A DNA stretch of 64,000 bases from Phenylobacterium sp. (GCF_020402585.1 NZ_JADBZH010000125.1), one strand, 5' to 3'. Shown: positions 19,388 through 30,788, numbered from the stretch's first letter. Numbers and translations: made by a program. The notes: a model not told the origin generated them from the letters alone.

Positions 19388-20842
19388 CTAGTCCACCGGG
19401 CTCCACTTGGCCGGGGCGCTTTCACGCTTCGGGCCGCGGAACGCGGACTGGTCGATGGGGCGGGTGGAGGCGAAGTCGCCCGGCTTGCCGCCGGCGGGCT
19501 TGGCCGACGAGGGGCGGTTCCTCTGCTTGCGCAGGCCGCCGGGCAGGTCGGAGCGACCCTCGGGACGAGACGAGCCGTCCGCCGCCCGGGCGCCGCCGCC
19601 GTTGCGGGGCGAGCCGCCCTTGCGGTGGCCGCCCTGGCCCTGCCGGCCCTTGGGTGCGGAAGGTTCCTTGGCGCCGTCGGGCAGGTGGGCGCTCATCACC
19701 GAAAGGCCTGCGTCCCGCCGACGGTCCTCGTTCGGGATCGTCTGGCGGGTGACCTTCTGGATGTCCTTGAGGAGGTTGCGCTCGTCATCGGCGCAGAAGG
19801 CCACGGCGGTGCCGTCGGCGCCGGCCCGCGCCGTCCGGCCGATCCGGTGGACGTAGGACTCCGGCACATTGGGCAGCTCGTACTGGACGACATGGGTGAC
19901 GGCGTCGATGTCGATCCCCCGGGCGGCGATGTCGGTGGCCACCAGGGCGCGAACCTCGCCGGCCTTGAAGGCCGCCAGGGCGCGCTCGCGCTGGCCCTGG
20001 CTCTTGTCGCCGTGGATGGCCGCCGCCTCGACCCCGGACTGCTCGAGGGCCCGGGCCACGCGGTCGGCGCCGCGCTTGGTGCGGGTGAAGACGATCACCC
20101 GGCGGAAGTCCTTGGCCTCGAACAGCTCGGCCAGCAGGGCGCGCTTGCGGTCCTGCTCGACGAAGATGACCTTCTGCCGGACCTTCTCCACTGTGGTGGC
20201 CTGCGGGGTGACCGAGACCTTGACGGGGTTGGGGTTGAGGAGTTCGCCGGCCAGCTGGCCGATCTCGGTGGGCATGGTCGCCGAGAAGAAGAGGTTCTGG
20301 CGGGCCTTGGGCAGGTACTTCACGATCCGGCGGATCGGGACGATGAAGCCCATGTCCAGCATCTGGTCGGCCTCGTCGAGGACGAAGGTCTCAACACCCT
20401 GGAGGGTCACGGTCTTCTCGCCCAGGTGGTCGATCAGGCGGCCGGGGGTGGCCACCAGGACATCGACGCCGGGCGCCATGGCGCGCATCTGGCCGCCGTA
20501 CTTCACGCCGCCGAAGATCACGGTCACCGAGACGCCGAGATGCCGGCCATAGGCCTTGAAGCTCTCGCCGATCTGGGTGGCCAGCTCGCGGGTGGGGGAC
20601 AGGACCAGGACGCGGCAGCCGCGCCGGGGGGCCGGGCGGCGGTCCGCCACCAGCCGGTGCAGGATGGGCAGGGCGAAGGCGGCGGTCTTGCCGGTGCCGG
20701 TCTGGGCGATGCCCAGGAGGTCGCGGCCTTCGAGGACGGGAGGGATGGCCTGGGCCTGGATGGGCGTCGGCGTCGTATAGCCCTCGTCGGAAAGGGCCTT
20801 GAGGAGGCCGCGATCGAGGCCGAGGTCGGAAAACTGGGTCAA
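19388..20842 (-). CDS. rhlE: DEAD-box ATP-dependent RNA helicase (RhlE-like) with an Arg/Gly-rich C-terminal tail
   Basis: Q motif/GTGKT, DEAD (VLDEADQM), SAT and HRIGRTAR motifs. The TTG start at 20842 (MTQFSDLGL) is preferred over the ATG at 20989, whose 49 extra codons look non-coding. Confidence 0.9.
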   Translation of the reverse strand: MTQFSDLGLDRGLLKALSDEGYTTPTPIQAQAIPPVLEGRDLLGIAQTGTGKTAAFALPILHRLVADRRPAPRRGCRVLVLSPTRELATQIGESFKAYGRHLGVSVTVIFGGVKYGGQMRAMAPGVDVLVATPGRLIDHLGEKTVTLQGVETFVLDEADQMLDMGFIVPIRRIVKYLPKARQNLFFSATMPTEIGQLAGELLNPNPVKVSVTPQATTVEKVRQKVIFVEQDRKRALLAELFEAKDFRRVIVFTRTKRGADRVARALEQSGVEAAAIHGDKSQGQRERALAAFKAGEVRALVATDIAARGIDIDAVTHVVQYELPNVPESYVHRIGRTARAGADGTAVAFCADDERNLLKDIQKVTRQTIPNEDRRRDAGLSVMSAHLPDGAKEPSAPKGRQGQGGHRKGGSPRNGGGARAADGSSRPEGRSDLPGGLRKQRNRPSSAKPAGGKPGDFASTRPIDQSAFRGPKRESAPAKWSPVD

Positions 20843-21107
20843 GTGAAGGTGTCTTTCAGTGCGCGGAATCAGGCGGCCCGTCTCGGGGGCGCCGTTCGGC
20901 GTGTCTTGGGGGGATGCCCCCGCGTGGCGGGGCGATCTGCGATGTCGCTTCAAGGCGCTCGACAGGCGAGTTGCCGGGGCAACCCTCACGCGACTGGAAC
21001 GCCGATGTCGCCCCGGAGGAGCCGGTGCGCAGGGGGGAAGTGGCCTTCCGGGCTCCGGAAGTCAAGGCCGGCTTGCCAACCGGGCCCGCCGGGGCGATCA
21101 AGGCGCC

Positions 21108-21518
21108 ATGCCTGACACCCGCCGCCTGCTACTTGTGGCCGCCGCCGCCCTCATTGATGTCGATGGCCGCGCCCTGATCTGCCAGCGCCCCGAAGGCAAG
21201 GCCCTGGCGGGTCTCTGGGAGTTTCCCGGGGGCAAGGTGGAGGCGGGCGAATCGCCCGAGGCCTGCCTGATCCGCGAGCTGTCCGAAGAGCTGGGCATCG
21301 AGGTCACCGAGGCCTGCCTCGCCCCCTTCGTCTTCGCCAGCCACGCCTATGAGGACTTCCACCTGCTCATGCCGCTCTACCTGGTGCGCCGCTGGAGCGG
21401 GGTGGTGACGGCGAGGGAGCACGCGGGCCTGGCCTGGGTGAAGCCGAACCGGCTGGGCGATTATCCCATGCCGCCGGCGGACGCGCCCCTGGTGGCCTGG
21501 CTCCGGGACCTGATCTGA
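21108..21518 (+). CDS. mutT: Nudix hydrolase, MutT-type (8-oxo-dGTP diphosphatase-like)
   Basis: Nudix box GGKVEAGESPEACLIRELSEELGI. The ATG at 21108 lies within ORF 20859..21518. Confidence 0.85.
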   Translation: MPDTRRLLLVAAAALIDVDGRALICQRPEGKALAGLWEFPGGKVEAGESPEACLIRELSEELGIEVTEACLAPFVFASHAYEDFHLLMPLYLVRRWSGVVTAREHAGLAWVKPNRLGDYPMPPADAPLVAWLRDLI

Positions 21519-21519
21519 A

Positions 21520-22320
21520 TTGGCGGGGCTGGTCGAAGCCCTGGCTGAGCTCGTCCTGGCGCGCGCCGACCGGCCGGGCTGGGTGCTGGGCCTCTCGGGC
21601 GCGCAGGGCTCGGGCAAGTCGACCCTGGCGGCGGGCCTGGCCTCGGCGCTGGCGCAGGCGGGCCGGTCCTGCGCGGTCCTTTCCCTCGACGACGTCTATC
21701 TCGGCCCGGAGGCCAGGGCGGACCTGGCGCGGCGGGTCCATCCCCTGTTCGCCGTGCGCGGCCCGCCGGGGACCCACGATGCGGGCCTTGCCCTGAATGT
21801 CCTGGAGGCCCTGGGCCGCCCCGGCCCGGTGCGCCTGCCGCGCTTCGACAAGGGCAGGGACGCCCCCGTGCCGGAGGACGAGCAGCCGGTCTTCGAGGGG
21901 CCCGCCGACGTCGCGATCCTCGAGGGCTGGTGCCTGGGCGCCCGGCCCGACCCCTCAGCGGCGGCCTCGGCCCCCATCAACGCTCTGGAACGCGAGCACG
22001 ACCCCTACGGGACCTGGCGCGGGGCGGTGGAGGCGGCGCTGGCGGGGCGGTATGCGGACCTCTTCAAGGCCCCGGACCTGACGGTCTTCCTGCGCGCGCC
22101 GGACTTTCCGACCGTCCGCCGCTGGCGGGGTGAGCAGGAGGCGGAGCTGGCCCGCGCCATCGCGGCGGGACGGCCCGGCCGGGCCATGGGCGAGGCCGAA
22201 CTGGACGACTTCCTGGCTCGCTACGAGCGGATCACCCGCCGGCTGATCGCCGACCCGCCCGGCGACACCTTGGTCGACCTCGCCCCCGATCGGACGCCGG
22301 GCCCGCTTCAACGTCTCTGA
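21520..22320 (+). CDS. P-loop kinase (COG4240 / D-glycerate 3-kinase-like)
   Basis: Walker A GLSGAQGSGKSTLA; TTG start at 21520. Confidence 0.65.
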   Translation: MAGLVEALAELVLARADRPGWVLGLSGAQGSGKSTLAAGLASALAQAGRSCAVLSLDDVYLGPEARADLARRVHPLFAVRGPPGTHDAGLALNVLEALGRPGPVRLPRFDKGRDAPVPEDEQPVFEGPADVAILEGWCLGARPDPSAAASAPINALEREHDPYGTWRGAVEAALAGRYADLFKAPDLTVFLRAPDFPTVRRWRGEQEAELARAIAAGRPGRAMGEAELDDFLARYERITRRLIADPPGDTLVDLAPDRTPGPLQRL

Positions 22321-23249
22321 GGCCGGGTCCCGGGGACGCTTTGCTCTTCCCCACCCAGGGCGTCGGCCAGCCGCATCTTCGCGGACCCCGGCCTGAGGGG
22401 CTTCTGCTGGATCTCCGAGGGCGACCAGCCGGTCAGGGTGAGGATCTCGAAGGTCGCCGCGATCCGCCCGTCCGGGCCGGCGAAGTCGCGGGCGTAGATC
22501 TCGAAGGCCCGGGCCAGGACCTTCCGGGTCAGGGGGCGGGGGTGCCGCTCGGCCAGGACCGAGGTCTCGCCCATCCGCCGCAGGTCCGCCATCAGCTTCA
22601 GGGGATGGTCGTAGCGCACGGTCACCCGGTCGACGTCGGCCACGGGCAGGGCGAAGCCGGCCCTCTGCAGGAGGCCCGCGGCGTCCGAGGGGTCGGCGAA
22701 GGGCGAGACCCGCGGCCCGGCCCCGCCGGTCAGCTCCAGCTCAGCGGCGGTCAGAGACTGGCGCAGCTCGGTCAGGGTCGCCCCGCCGAACAGGGCGCCG
22801 ATGAAGAGGCCGTCGGGCTTGAGCGCCAGCCGGGCCTGCACGAGGGCGCCCACCACGTCATTGGCCCAGTGCAGGGACAGGCTGGAGACGATGAGGTCCA
22901 GGCTGGCCGGGGCGAAGGGCAGGCGCTCCTCGTCAGCGACGATGCGCATCCCCGCCCGGCCCGCCAGCATGGCGCCGGACAGGTCCGCCTCGACCAGCAG
23001 GCCCACCCGGGGGGCGGCGTCGCTGGCCGCCAGGGCTTCGGCGAAGGCGCCGTTGCGGGCCCCGAGGTCGACGGCGCGGGGGAAGTCGCGCATGATGGCT
23101 TCGAGGCGCATCACGATGTCGCCTGCGGCGCGGCGCTTCAGGAAGTCGGCCCCGGCGTATCCCGGGGCGGCCCGGTCCAGCCGCCGGCGCAGGAGGTCGC
23201 GGTCGAAAATTCGCGGGGGCGAGGCGGAGGGCGGCATGGGCCGCGACAA
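22308..23249 (-). CDS. Class I SAM-dependent methyltransferase (BioC/NDUFAF5-like)
   Basis: Methyltransferase fold (VDLGARNG..., LDLIVSSLSLHWANDV). TTG start at 23249 with an upstream AAGG; alternative ATG at 23237. Confidence 0.8.
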   Translation of the reverse strand: MSRPMPPSASPPRIFDRDLLRRRLDRAAPGYAGADFLKRRAAGDIVMRLEAIMRDFPRAVDLGARNGAFAEALAASDAAPRVGLLVEADLSGAMLAGRAGMRIVADEERLPFAPASLDLIVSSLSLHWANDVVGALVQARLALKPDGLFIGALFGGATLTELRQSLTAAELELTGGAGPRVSPFADPSDAAGLLQRAGFALPVADVDRVTVRYDHPLKLMADLRRMGETSVLAERHPRPLTRKVLARAFEIYARDFAGPDGRIAATFEILTLTGWSPSEIQQKPLRPGSAKMRLADALGGEEQSVPGTRPQRR

Positions 23250-23284
23250 TGAACCTTTCGGCCGGGCCTGGGAACCCGCCGGGC
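23203..23284. repeat. 82-bp direct repeat, copy 1 (methyltransferase 5' end plus comF 5' end)
   Basis: 81/82 identical to 24681..24762. Confidence 0.95.
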
Positions 23285-23331
23285 CCAGCTCATTGGGTGC
23301 AGGGCGATGCTGCCCTCCCTGCGACCCGTCG

Positions 23332-23667
23332 CTACGATCTGCCGATCACCTTGGAGTCGGAACAAATCATCAGGGCCCCGCCAAGGTAACTCTTCCTGTT
23401 GGGGCAGGTTTCCGTCTGCTCCTCGATCTCGGGCGCCTTGAAGACCGAAACAGGCTGCTTCCGGGCGGGACGCACAGGTCGACATTCGCCGACAGAATCC
23501 CAGGCGCGGTCGCCCCATAGGATCGACAGTGTGATCCCCTGGCAGGGCCGACCGCCGCTGGCGGTCGACGCGGCCAGGGTTTCAGAAGAAGCCCCCGAAC
23601 TGATCGTGACACCGATGAGGAAGGCGGCCGACGCCACCATCACGAGGGGGATTGCAGAGTTGGACAT
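23332..23667 (-). CDS. Small secreted or membrane-anchored protein with four Cys (111 aa)
   Basis: N-terminal hydrophobic signal-like segment IPLVMVASAAFLIGVTISSGASS. Cys residues at CQG, ECR, ETC and ICS. No family was recognised. Confidence 0.5.
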   Translation of the reverse strand: MSNSAIPLVMVASAAFLIGVTISSGASSETLAASTASGGRPCQGITLSILWGDRAWDSVGECRPVRPARKQPVSVFKAPEIEEQTETCPNRKSYLGGALMICSDSKVIGRS

Positions 23668-23756
23668 GGGGTGATCTTTCCAGCTGTGGAAGCAGCTTCC
23701 TGTGCACGGGAGCAGGGGTAAGTCCGGCGTGATCGGATGAACGACGGATTTCGAGG

Positions 23757-24545
23757 ATGAACCACATCGACCGGGTCGCCCTGGCCACCCTCGCGGTTTG
23801 GGTCGGCCTTTGCGGCGTTCTCACATTGACGATCCTCGAGACGGAGAGCCCACGCCGGGCCCTCCTGCTCGCTTCAGTGATCGTAGGTCTTGCGGCCGCG
23901 ACTGCGCACTTGGCTATCCTTGTCCGAAGGCTGCCCGGACCTCGTTGGCGGCGTTGGCTGCTGATCTGCCTCACCGTTGGCGCCTGCGCCTTGGTCAGCC
24001 ACGCCGTCTTTGTTCATCTCGGGATGCGGCAGTCGCTGATGCAGGACCTCGTGAACCTCGGGGTGGTCACGGGCATCGCCCTTGTCGTCCAAGAGGGAAT
24101 TGCGGGCCATCGCGCCCGGACCCAGCTTCAGCACCAGTCGAAGCTCCTCGAGGAAATGGAGGCGCGGGTCCGGGGCCTGAGCGCGCGGCAAGGCCGCATG
24201 GTCGTCTTGAAGATCGGCCACTCCGAACGCCGCATAGACCCCAGTGAAGTCAGTCACGCTGAGGCGGATGGCAATTTCGCGCGACTTTGGCTCGGCCCGG
24301 AGTATCTCTTTGTCTCGGAGTCGCTGAAGGACATCGTCGAGCGGCTGTCGGAGCATAGTTTCGTGCGAATCCACAAATCCTGCGCGGTGAATGCGGCTTG
24401 GGTTCAGGAGCGCCGGGGCGATGACATCGTCTTGCGGACGGGGCAACGCCTCAGGATCGGACGCGCGTATCTGAACTCTGTGCGAGACCTCCTGTTCGAC
24501 GATGGCCGTCGTCCCGGAAACCCTGAGGATCCCCCCCGCCTCTGA
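23757..24545 (+). CDS. Membrane-anchored LytTR-domain DNA-binding protein (about 4 TM + LytTR)
   Basis: Four N-terminal hydrophobic helices. The C-terminal LytTR pattern is ...VSHAEADGNFARLWL...FVRIHKSCAVNAAWV... Confidence 0.75.
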   Translation: MNHIDRVALATLAVWVGLCGVLTLTILETESPRRALLLASVIVGLAAATAHLAILVRRLPGPRWRRWLLICLTVGACALVSHAVFVHLGMRQSLMQDLVNLGVVTGIALVVQEGIAGHRARTQLQHQSKLLEEMEARVRGLSARQGRMVVLKIGHSERRIDPSEVSHAEADGNFARLWLGPEYLFVSESLKDIVERLSEHSFVRIHKSCAVNAAWVQERRGDDIVLRTGQRLRIGRAYLNSVRDLLFDDGRRPGNPEDPPRL

Positions 24546-24680
24546 TCCAGCGCCTGGGTGGACGAAGTCCCTGACCTTCGCTCGGCCTGGGTTCTTGGTC
24601 GACCTGGCTCCCGGGAACCTGGATGTCGACGGCGCGCGGGAAACCGCCCAAAGTGCTCCGAAGTGCATCTGGTTTTGCAG

Positions 24681-24762
24681 TCGAAAACTCGCGGGGGCGA
24701 GGCGGAGGGCGGCATGGGCCGCGACAATGAACCTTTCGGCCGGGCCTGGGAACCCGCCGGGC
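24681..24762. repeat. 82-bp direct repeat, copy 2
   Basis: 81/82 identical to 23203..23284. It contains the functional comF start (ATG 24714). Confidence 0.95.
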
Positions 24763-25499
24763 TCCTCGTACGGGCGGGCCGGGCGGCGCTGGACGTCATC
24801 TATCCCCACCGGTCCCTGGATGAGGACCGACCGGTCCAGACCCCCGGGCTCTCCGCAGAGGCCTGGAGCCGCATCGCCTTCCTGGACGATCCGGTCTGCG
24901 ACGGCTGCGGGACGCCCTTCGAGTTCAGCCTGGGACCCGGCGCCCGCTGCGCGGCCTGCCTGGCGAAGCCCCGGGCCTTCGACCGCGCCCGGGCGGCCTG
25001 CCTCTACGACGAGGCCTCCCGGGGCCTGGTCCTCCAGCTCAAGTACGCCGACCGGACCGACCTCTCGGCCCTGTTCACCGCCTGGATCTCGCGCTCGGCC
25101 CGGGAGCTGCTGGCGGAGGCCGACGCCGTCGCCCCCGTGCCCCTGCATCCCTCGCGCCTGTTCCGCCGGCGTTACAACCAGGCCGCAGAGATCGCCCGGC
25201 CCCTGGCCCGGCTCTGGTCGCGGGACTACCTGGCCGACGCCCTGGTCCGCCGGCGGGACACGGGCGCGCAGGCGGGGCGCTCGGGAACCGGCCGGCGTCG
25301 GAACGTGGCCGCGGCCTTCCGGGTCCCTGACAGCCGCCGTCGCCAGGTGGAGGGGCGGCGGATCCTCCTCATCGACGACGTCATGACCACCGGCGCGACC
25401 CTAGAGGCCTGCGCCCGGGCGCTGAAGGCCGCCGGCGCCGCAGGGGTGGACGCCGCCGTCATCGCCAGGGTTAAAGACCCGGCAAGCCTCACCATATAG
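24714..25499 (+). CDS. comF: ComF family protein (phosphoribosyltransferase domain)
   Basis: N-terminal Cys cluster CDGCG...C..C and a C-terminal PRTase motif ILLIDDVMTTGATL. ATG at 24714. Confidence 0.85.
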   Translation: MGRDNEPFGRAWEPAGLLVRAGRAALDVIYPHRSLDEDRPVQTPGLSAEAWSRIAFLDDPVCDGCGTPFEFSLGPGARCAACLAKPRAFDRARAACLYDEASRGLVLQLKYADRTDLSALFTAWISRSARELLAEADAVAPVPLHPSRLFRRRYNQAAEIARPLARLWSRDYLADALVRRRDTGAQAGRSGTGRRRNVAAAFRVPDSRRRQVEGRRILLIDDVMTTGATLEACARALKAAGAAGVDAAVIARVKDPASLTI

Positions 25500-25529
25500 A
25501 ACTGACCCTGAGAGCCGAGGGAGACGCGC

Positions 25530-25787
25530 ATGGCCGCCGTGACCATCTACACCAAGCCCTTCTGCCCCTACTGCGTCCGGGCCCTGGGCCTCCTGGAGCG
25601 CAAGGGCGCCGCGGTCACCGAGATCGAGGCCGCCTTCGACGCCGGCAAGCGGGCCGAGATGCTGCAGAAGTCCGGCGGCGCGGCCACCTATCCGCAGATC
25701 TTCATCGGGAGCCAGCACGTCGGCGGCTGCGATGACCTGCACGACCTGGAGGCGCAGGGCCGCCTCGACGCCCTGCTGGCGGGCTGA
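25530..25787 (+). CDS. grxC: Glutaredoxin 3
   Basis: 85 aa with CPYC active site and conserved TYPQIFIG...GGCDD. Confidence 0.92.
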   Translation: MAAVTIYTKPFCPYCVRALGLLERKGAAVTEIEAAFDAGKRAEMLQKSGGAATYPQIFIGSQHVGGCDDLHDLEAQGRLDALLAG

Positions 25788-25792
25788 AGCGC

Positions 25793-26620
25793 GTGCGCGT
25801 CGCCCTGGTCCAGACCCGGACGCCGGCGACCCAGGCCGCCGCACTGGATCATGTCCTGCCCCTGGTCCGCCAGGCGGCGGAGGCCGGTGCAGAGCTGATC
25901 CTGACCCCTGAGGGAACCAACATCCTGCAGAAGGACCGCGACCTCCTGAAGGCGGCCCTGACGACAGTGGACGCTGATCCGGTGGTCTGCGGCCTGCGCG
26001 ACTTCGCCCGGGAGCGCGGCCTGCACGTCCTGGTCGGCTCGGCCCTGGTGGACGCCGGCGGCGAGAAGGCGGCCAACCGCAGCCTGCTGGTCGGCCCCGA
26101 CGGCGAGGTCTCGGCCTGGTACGACAAGCTGCACATGTTCGATGTCGACCTGCCCAATGGCGAGACGGCGCGGGAGAGCGCCGCCTATGCGCCCGGCGAC
26201 CGGGCGGTGACCGCCCGCGTGGGCGAGGCCCGGCTGGGCCTGTCCATCTGTTACGACATGAGGTTCCCCGCCCTCTACCGCGCCCTGGCCCTGGCCGGGG
26301 CGGAGGTGATGACCGTGCCCGCAGCCTTCACCCGGCCGACCGGCGAGGCGCACTGGGAGATCCTGCTCCGGTCCCGGGCCATCGAGACCGGAAGCTTCGT
26401 CCTGGCCCCGGCCCAGGGCGGCTTCCACGAAGACCGGCGCGGCACCTGGGGGCGGAGCCTGGCGGTCGGGCCCTGGGGCGAGGTGCTGGGCGTCCTCGAC
26501 CATGATGAACCCGGCGTCCTGGTGGTGGACCTCGACCTGGCCGCCGCGGACCGCGCCCGGCGCGCCATCCCGGCCCTGGCCAACGCCCGGGCCTTCACGG
26601 GACCGGAGACCCTGGCGTGA
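25793..26620 (+). CDS. Carbon-nitrogen hydrolase family protein (nitrilase superfamily)
   Basis: E-K-C triad contexts LILTPEG, YDKLHMFDV and LSICYDMRFP. GTG start. Confidence 0.85.
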   Translation: MRVALVQTRTPATQAAALDHVLPLVRQAAEAGAELILTPEGTNILQKDRDLLKAALTTVDADPVVCGLRDFARERGLHVLVGSALVDAGGEKAANRSLLVGPDGEVSAWYDKLHMFDVDLPNGETARESAAYAPGDRAVTARVGEARLGLSICYDMRFPALYRALALAGAEVMTVPAAFTRPTGEAHWEILLRSRAIETGSFVLAPAQGGFHEDRRGTWGRSLAVGPWGEVLGVLDHDEPGVLVVDLDLAAADRARRAIPALANARAFTGPETLA

Positions 26621-27045
26621 TCCGCTACGCCCTGGCCTGCGGCGCCGGCCACGACTTCGAGGGCTGGTTCGGCAGCTCCGGCGATTTCGATGACCAGTCC
26701 GCGCGGGGCCTCGTCTCCTGCCCGCTGTGCGGGACGCCTGAAGTGCGCAAGCAGATCATGGCCCCCTCCGTGGTCACCTCGAAGGGTAAGGCCGACGGGG
26801 CGCCCGGCGCCTCGCGCGAGATGATGATGGAGATGGTCAGCCGGGTCCGCCGGCACGTCGAGGACAACTTCGACTATGTGGGCGACACCTTCGCCCGCGA
26901 GGCCCGCGCCATCCACGAGGGTCGGTCGGAGGAACGTGGGATCTATGGCGAAGCCACCCCCGAGGAAGCCCGCGCGCTCCTGGAGGACGGTGTCCCCGTC
27001 GCTCCCCTGCCCCAGCCGCCCCCTGACCCCCAGGACCTCAACTGA
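26617..27045 (+). CDS. DUF1178 family protein
   Basis: MIRYALACGAGHDFEGWF...CPLCG pattern. Overlaps the upstream stop. Confidence 0.75.
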   Translation: MIRYALACGAGHDFEGWFGSSGDFDDQSARGLVSCPLCGTPEVRKQIMAPSVVTSKGKADGAPGASREMMMEMVSRVRRHVEDNFDYVGDTFAREARAIHEGRSEERGIYGEATPEEARALLEDGVPVAPLPQPPPDPQDLN

Positions 27046-27256
27046 TCGTGAGGAGCCGGGCGGGGCCACCGACGACAAGGCGATGGCCGCCGCCTTCGCC
27101 GACAACATGATCCGCTACGAAGTCGTCAAGGTCTACGCGCGGAACTGATCGCGGCTCCGGGGCCTCTTGTGTGGCGGAAGCGCAACACTACATCCTCGGG
27201 GCGGCGGTTGCGCTTGATCAAGGTGACCGTCCTCCATCCGCCTTACGAGGGGACAC

Positions 27257-29839
<2,583 letters not shown>

Positions 29840-29846
29840 CCCTGAG

Positions 29847-29874
29847 GCGGGGCGGGGTTCAGTCCTCGCCCCGC
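29847..29874. terminator. Candidate bidirectional hairpin between the convergent clpB and arfB genes
   Basis: GCGGGGCGGGG-ttcagt-CCTCGCCCCGC, an 11-bp stem with one mismatch. It overlaps the arfB stop. There is no U-tract. Confidence 0.35.
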
Positions 29875-30284
29875 ACCTTCCCCCGGAGGGACTTCACGCC
29901 GCCCCGGCGCACCTTGCCCTCCACACGCCGGACCTTCGAGGCCAGTGTGGGGCGGGTGCGCTTTCGCGGCGGCGGCGGCGGCTCCGCGGCCTTGCGGATG
30001 AGCTCGACGAGCCGCTGCAGGGCCTCGGCCCGGTTCCGTTCCTGGCTGCGGTGGGTCATCACGCTGAGCACCAGCACGCCGTCCTGGGTCAGGCGCCGGC
30101 CCGCCAGCTTCATCAGCCGAACGGCCACGTCATTCGGCAGGGACGGCGACCGACGGACATCGAAGCGCAGCTCGACGGCGGTGGAAACCTTGTTGACGTT
30201 CTGCCCGCCCGGTCCCGCAGCGCGGATGAAGCGCTCGGTGATCTCGTCCTCGGGGATGAGGATGGCGGGGGTAACCTCGATCAT
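29859..30284 (-). CDS. arfB: Alternative ribosome-rescue factor ArfB (peptidyl-tRNA hydrolase, YaeJ-like)
   Basis: GGQ motif GPGGQNVNKVSTAVELRF and a basic C-terminal tail. Confidence 0.9.
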   Translation of the reverse strand: MIEVTPAILIPEDEITERFIRAAGPGGQNVNKVSTAVELRFDVRRSPSLPNDVAVRLMKLAGRRLTQDGVLVLSVMTHRSQERNRAEALQRLVELIRKAAEPPPPPRKRTRPTLASKVRRVEGKVRRGGVKSLRGKVRGED

Positions 30285-30299
30285 GGCGGTCGCCCGGGT

Positions 30300-30788
30300 T
30301 CAGGCGGCGCGGCAGGCGGGACAGAGGCCGCGGGCTTCCAGGGTCAGGCTGCGCACCGAGTATCCCGCCTCCGCCGCCGCCGCCAGGCCGGCGTCGAGGC
30401 CGGGCTCGAACTCCCGGGCTGCACCACAACAGTCACAGATCAGGAAGGCGGCCCGGTGGGCGTCGCCCCGAATCCGGCAGGGCACGTAGGCGTTCAGGCT
30501 CTCGATGCGGTGGGCGAAGCCCTGCTTCTCCAGGAAGTCGAGGGCCCGGTAGACGGTGGGCGGCTTGGCCGGCGCGCCATCGCCCCCGAAAGCGGCGATC
30601 ATGTCGTAGGCCTTGAGCGGGGCGTCCGCCGACAGCAGCAACTCCAGGACCCGACGGCGGGGCGCGGTCAGGCGTTCGCGAGCGTCGACGCAGCGCGCCT
30701 CCGCGTCGGCCAGGGCCGCCGCAAGCCCCTGCCCGGCCAGGCCCTGTCCGGGGCCGTCATCGTGTCCGCAATCATGCGCCATGGCCAA
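30300..30788 (-). CDS. zur: Fur family transcriptional regulator (Zur-like)
   Basis: Winged-helix region TVYRALDFLEKQGFAHR plus a C-terminal CDCC/C..C metal site. Confidence 0.8.
   Translation of the reverse strand: MAMAHDCGHDDGPGQGLAGQGLAAALADAEARCVDARERLTAPRRRVLELLLSADAPLKAYDMIAAFGGDGAPAKPPTVYRALDFLEKQGFAHRIESLNAYVPCRIRGDAHRAAFLICDCCGAAREFEPGLDAGLAAAAEAGYSVRSLTLEARGLCPACRAA

Larger units (their letters stand above)
23285..24680. mobile_element. Inserted ~1.4-kb accessory cassette bounded by the 82-bp duplication; no recombinase gene inside
   Basis: It lies between two near-identical copies of the native methyltransferase/comF start region. It carries two divergent genes unrelated to the neighbours. 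Its composition is visibly less GC-rich in parts. Confidence 0.55.

Noticed and set aside
22801-23520. ORFs 22801..23520 (+) and 24404..24799 (-), which begin with the duplicated comF or methyltransferase N-termini
   Set aside because: They are the non-functional halves of the 82-bp duplication reading on into cassette or antisense DNA. Their downstream sequence has no coding character.
27166-27195. Sigma-32 heat-shock promoter upstream of clpB (CTTG-N18-CTACATCC)
   Set aside because: The -35 CTTG is present, but the -10 matches the alphaproteobacterial CYTATNT consensus poorly. That is not enough to call a promoter from sequence alone.
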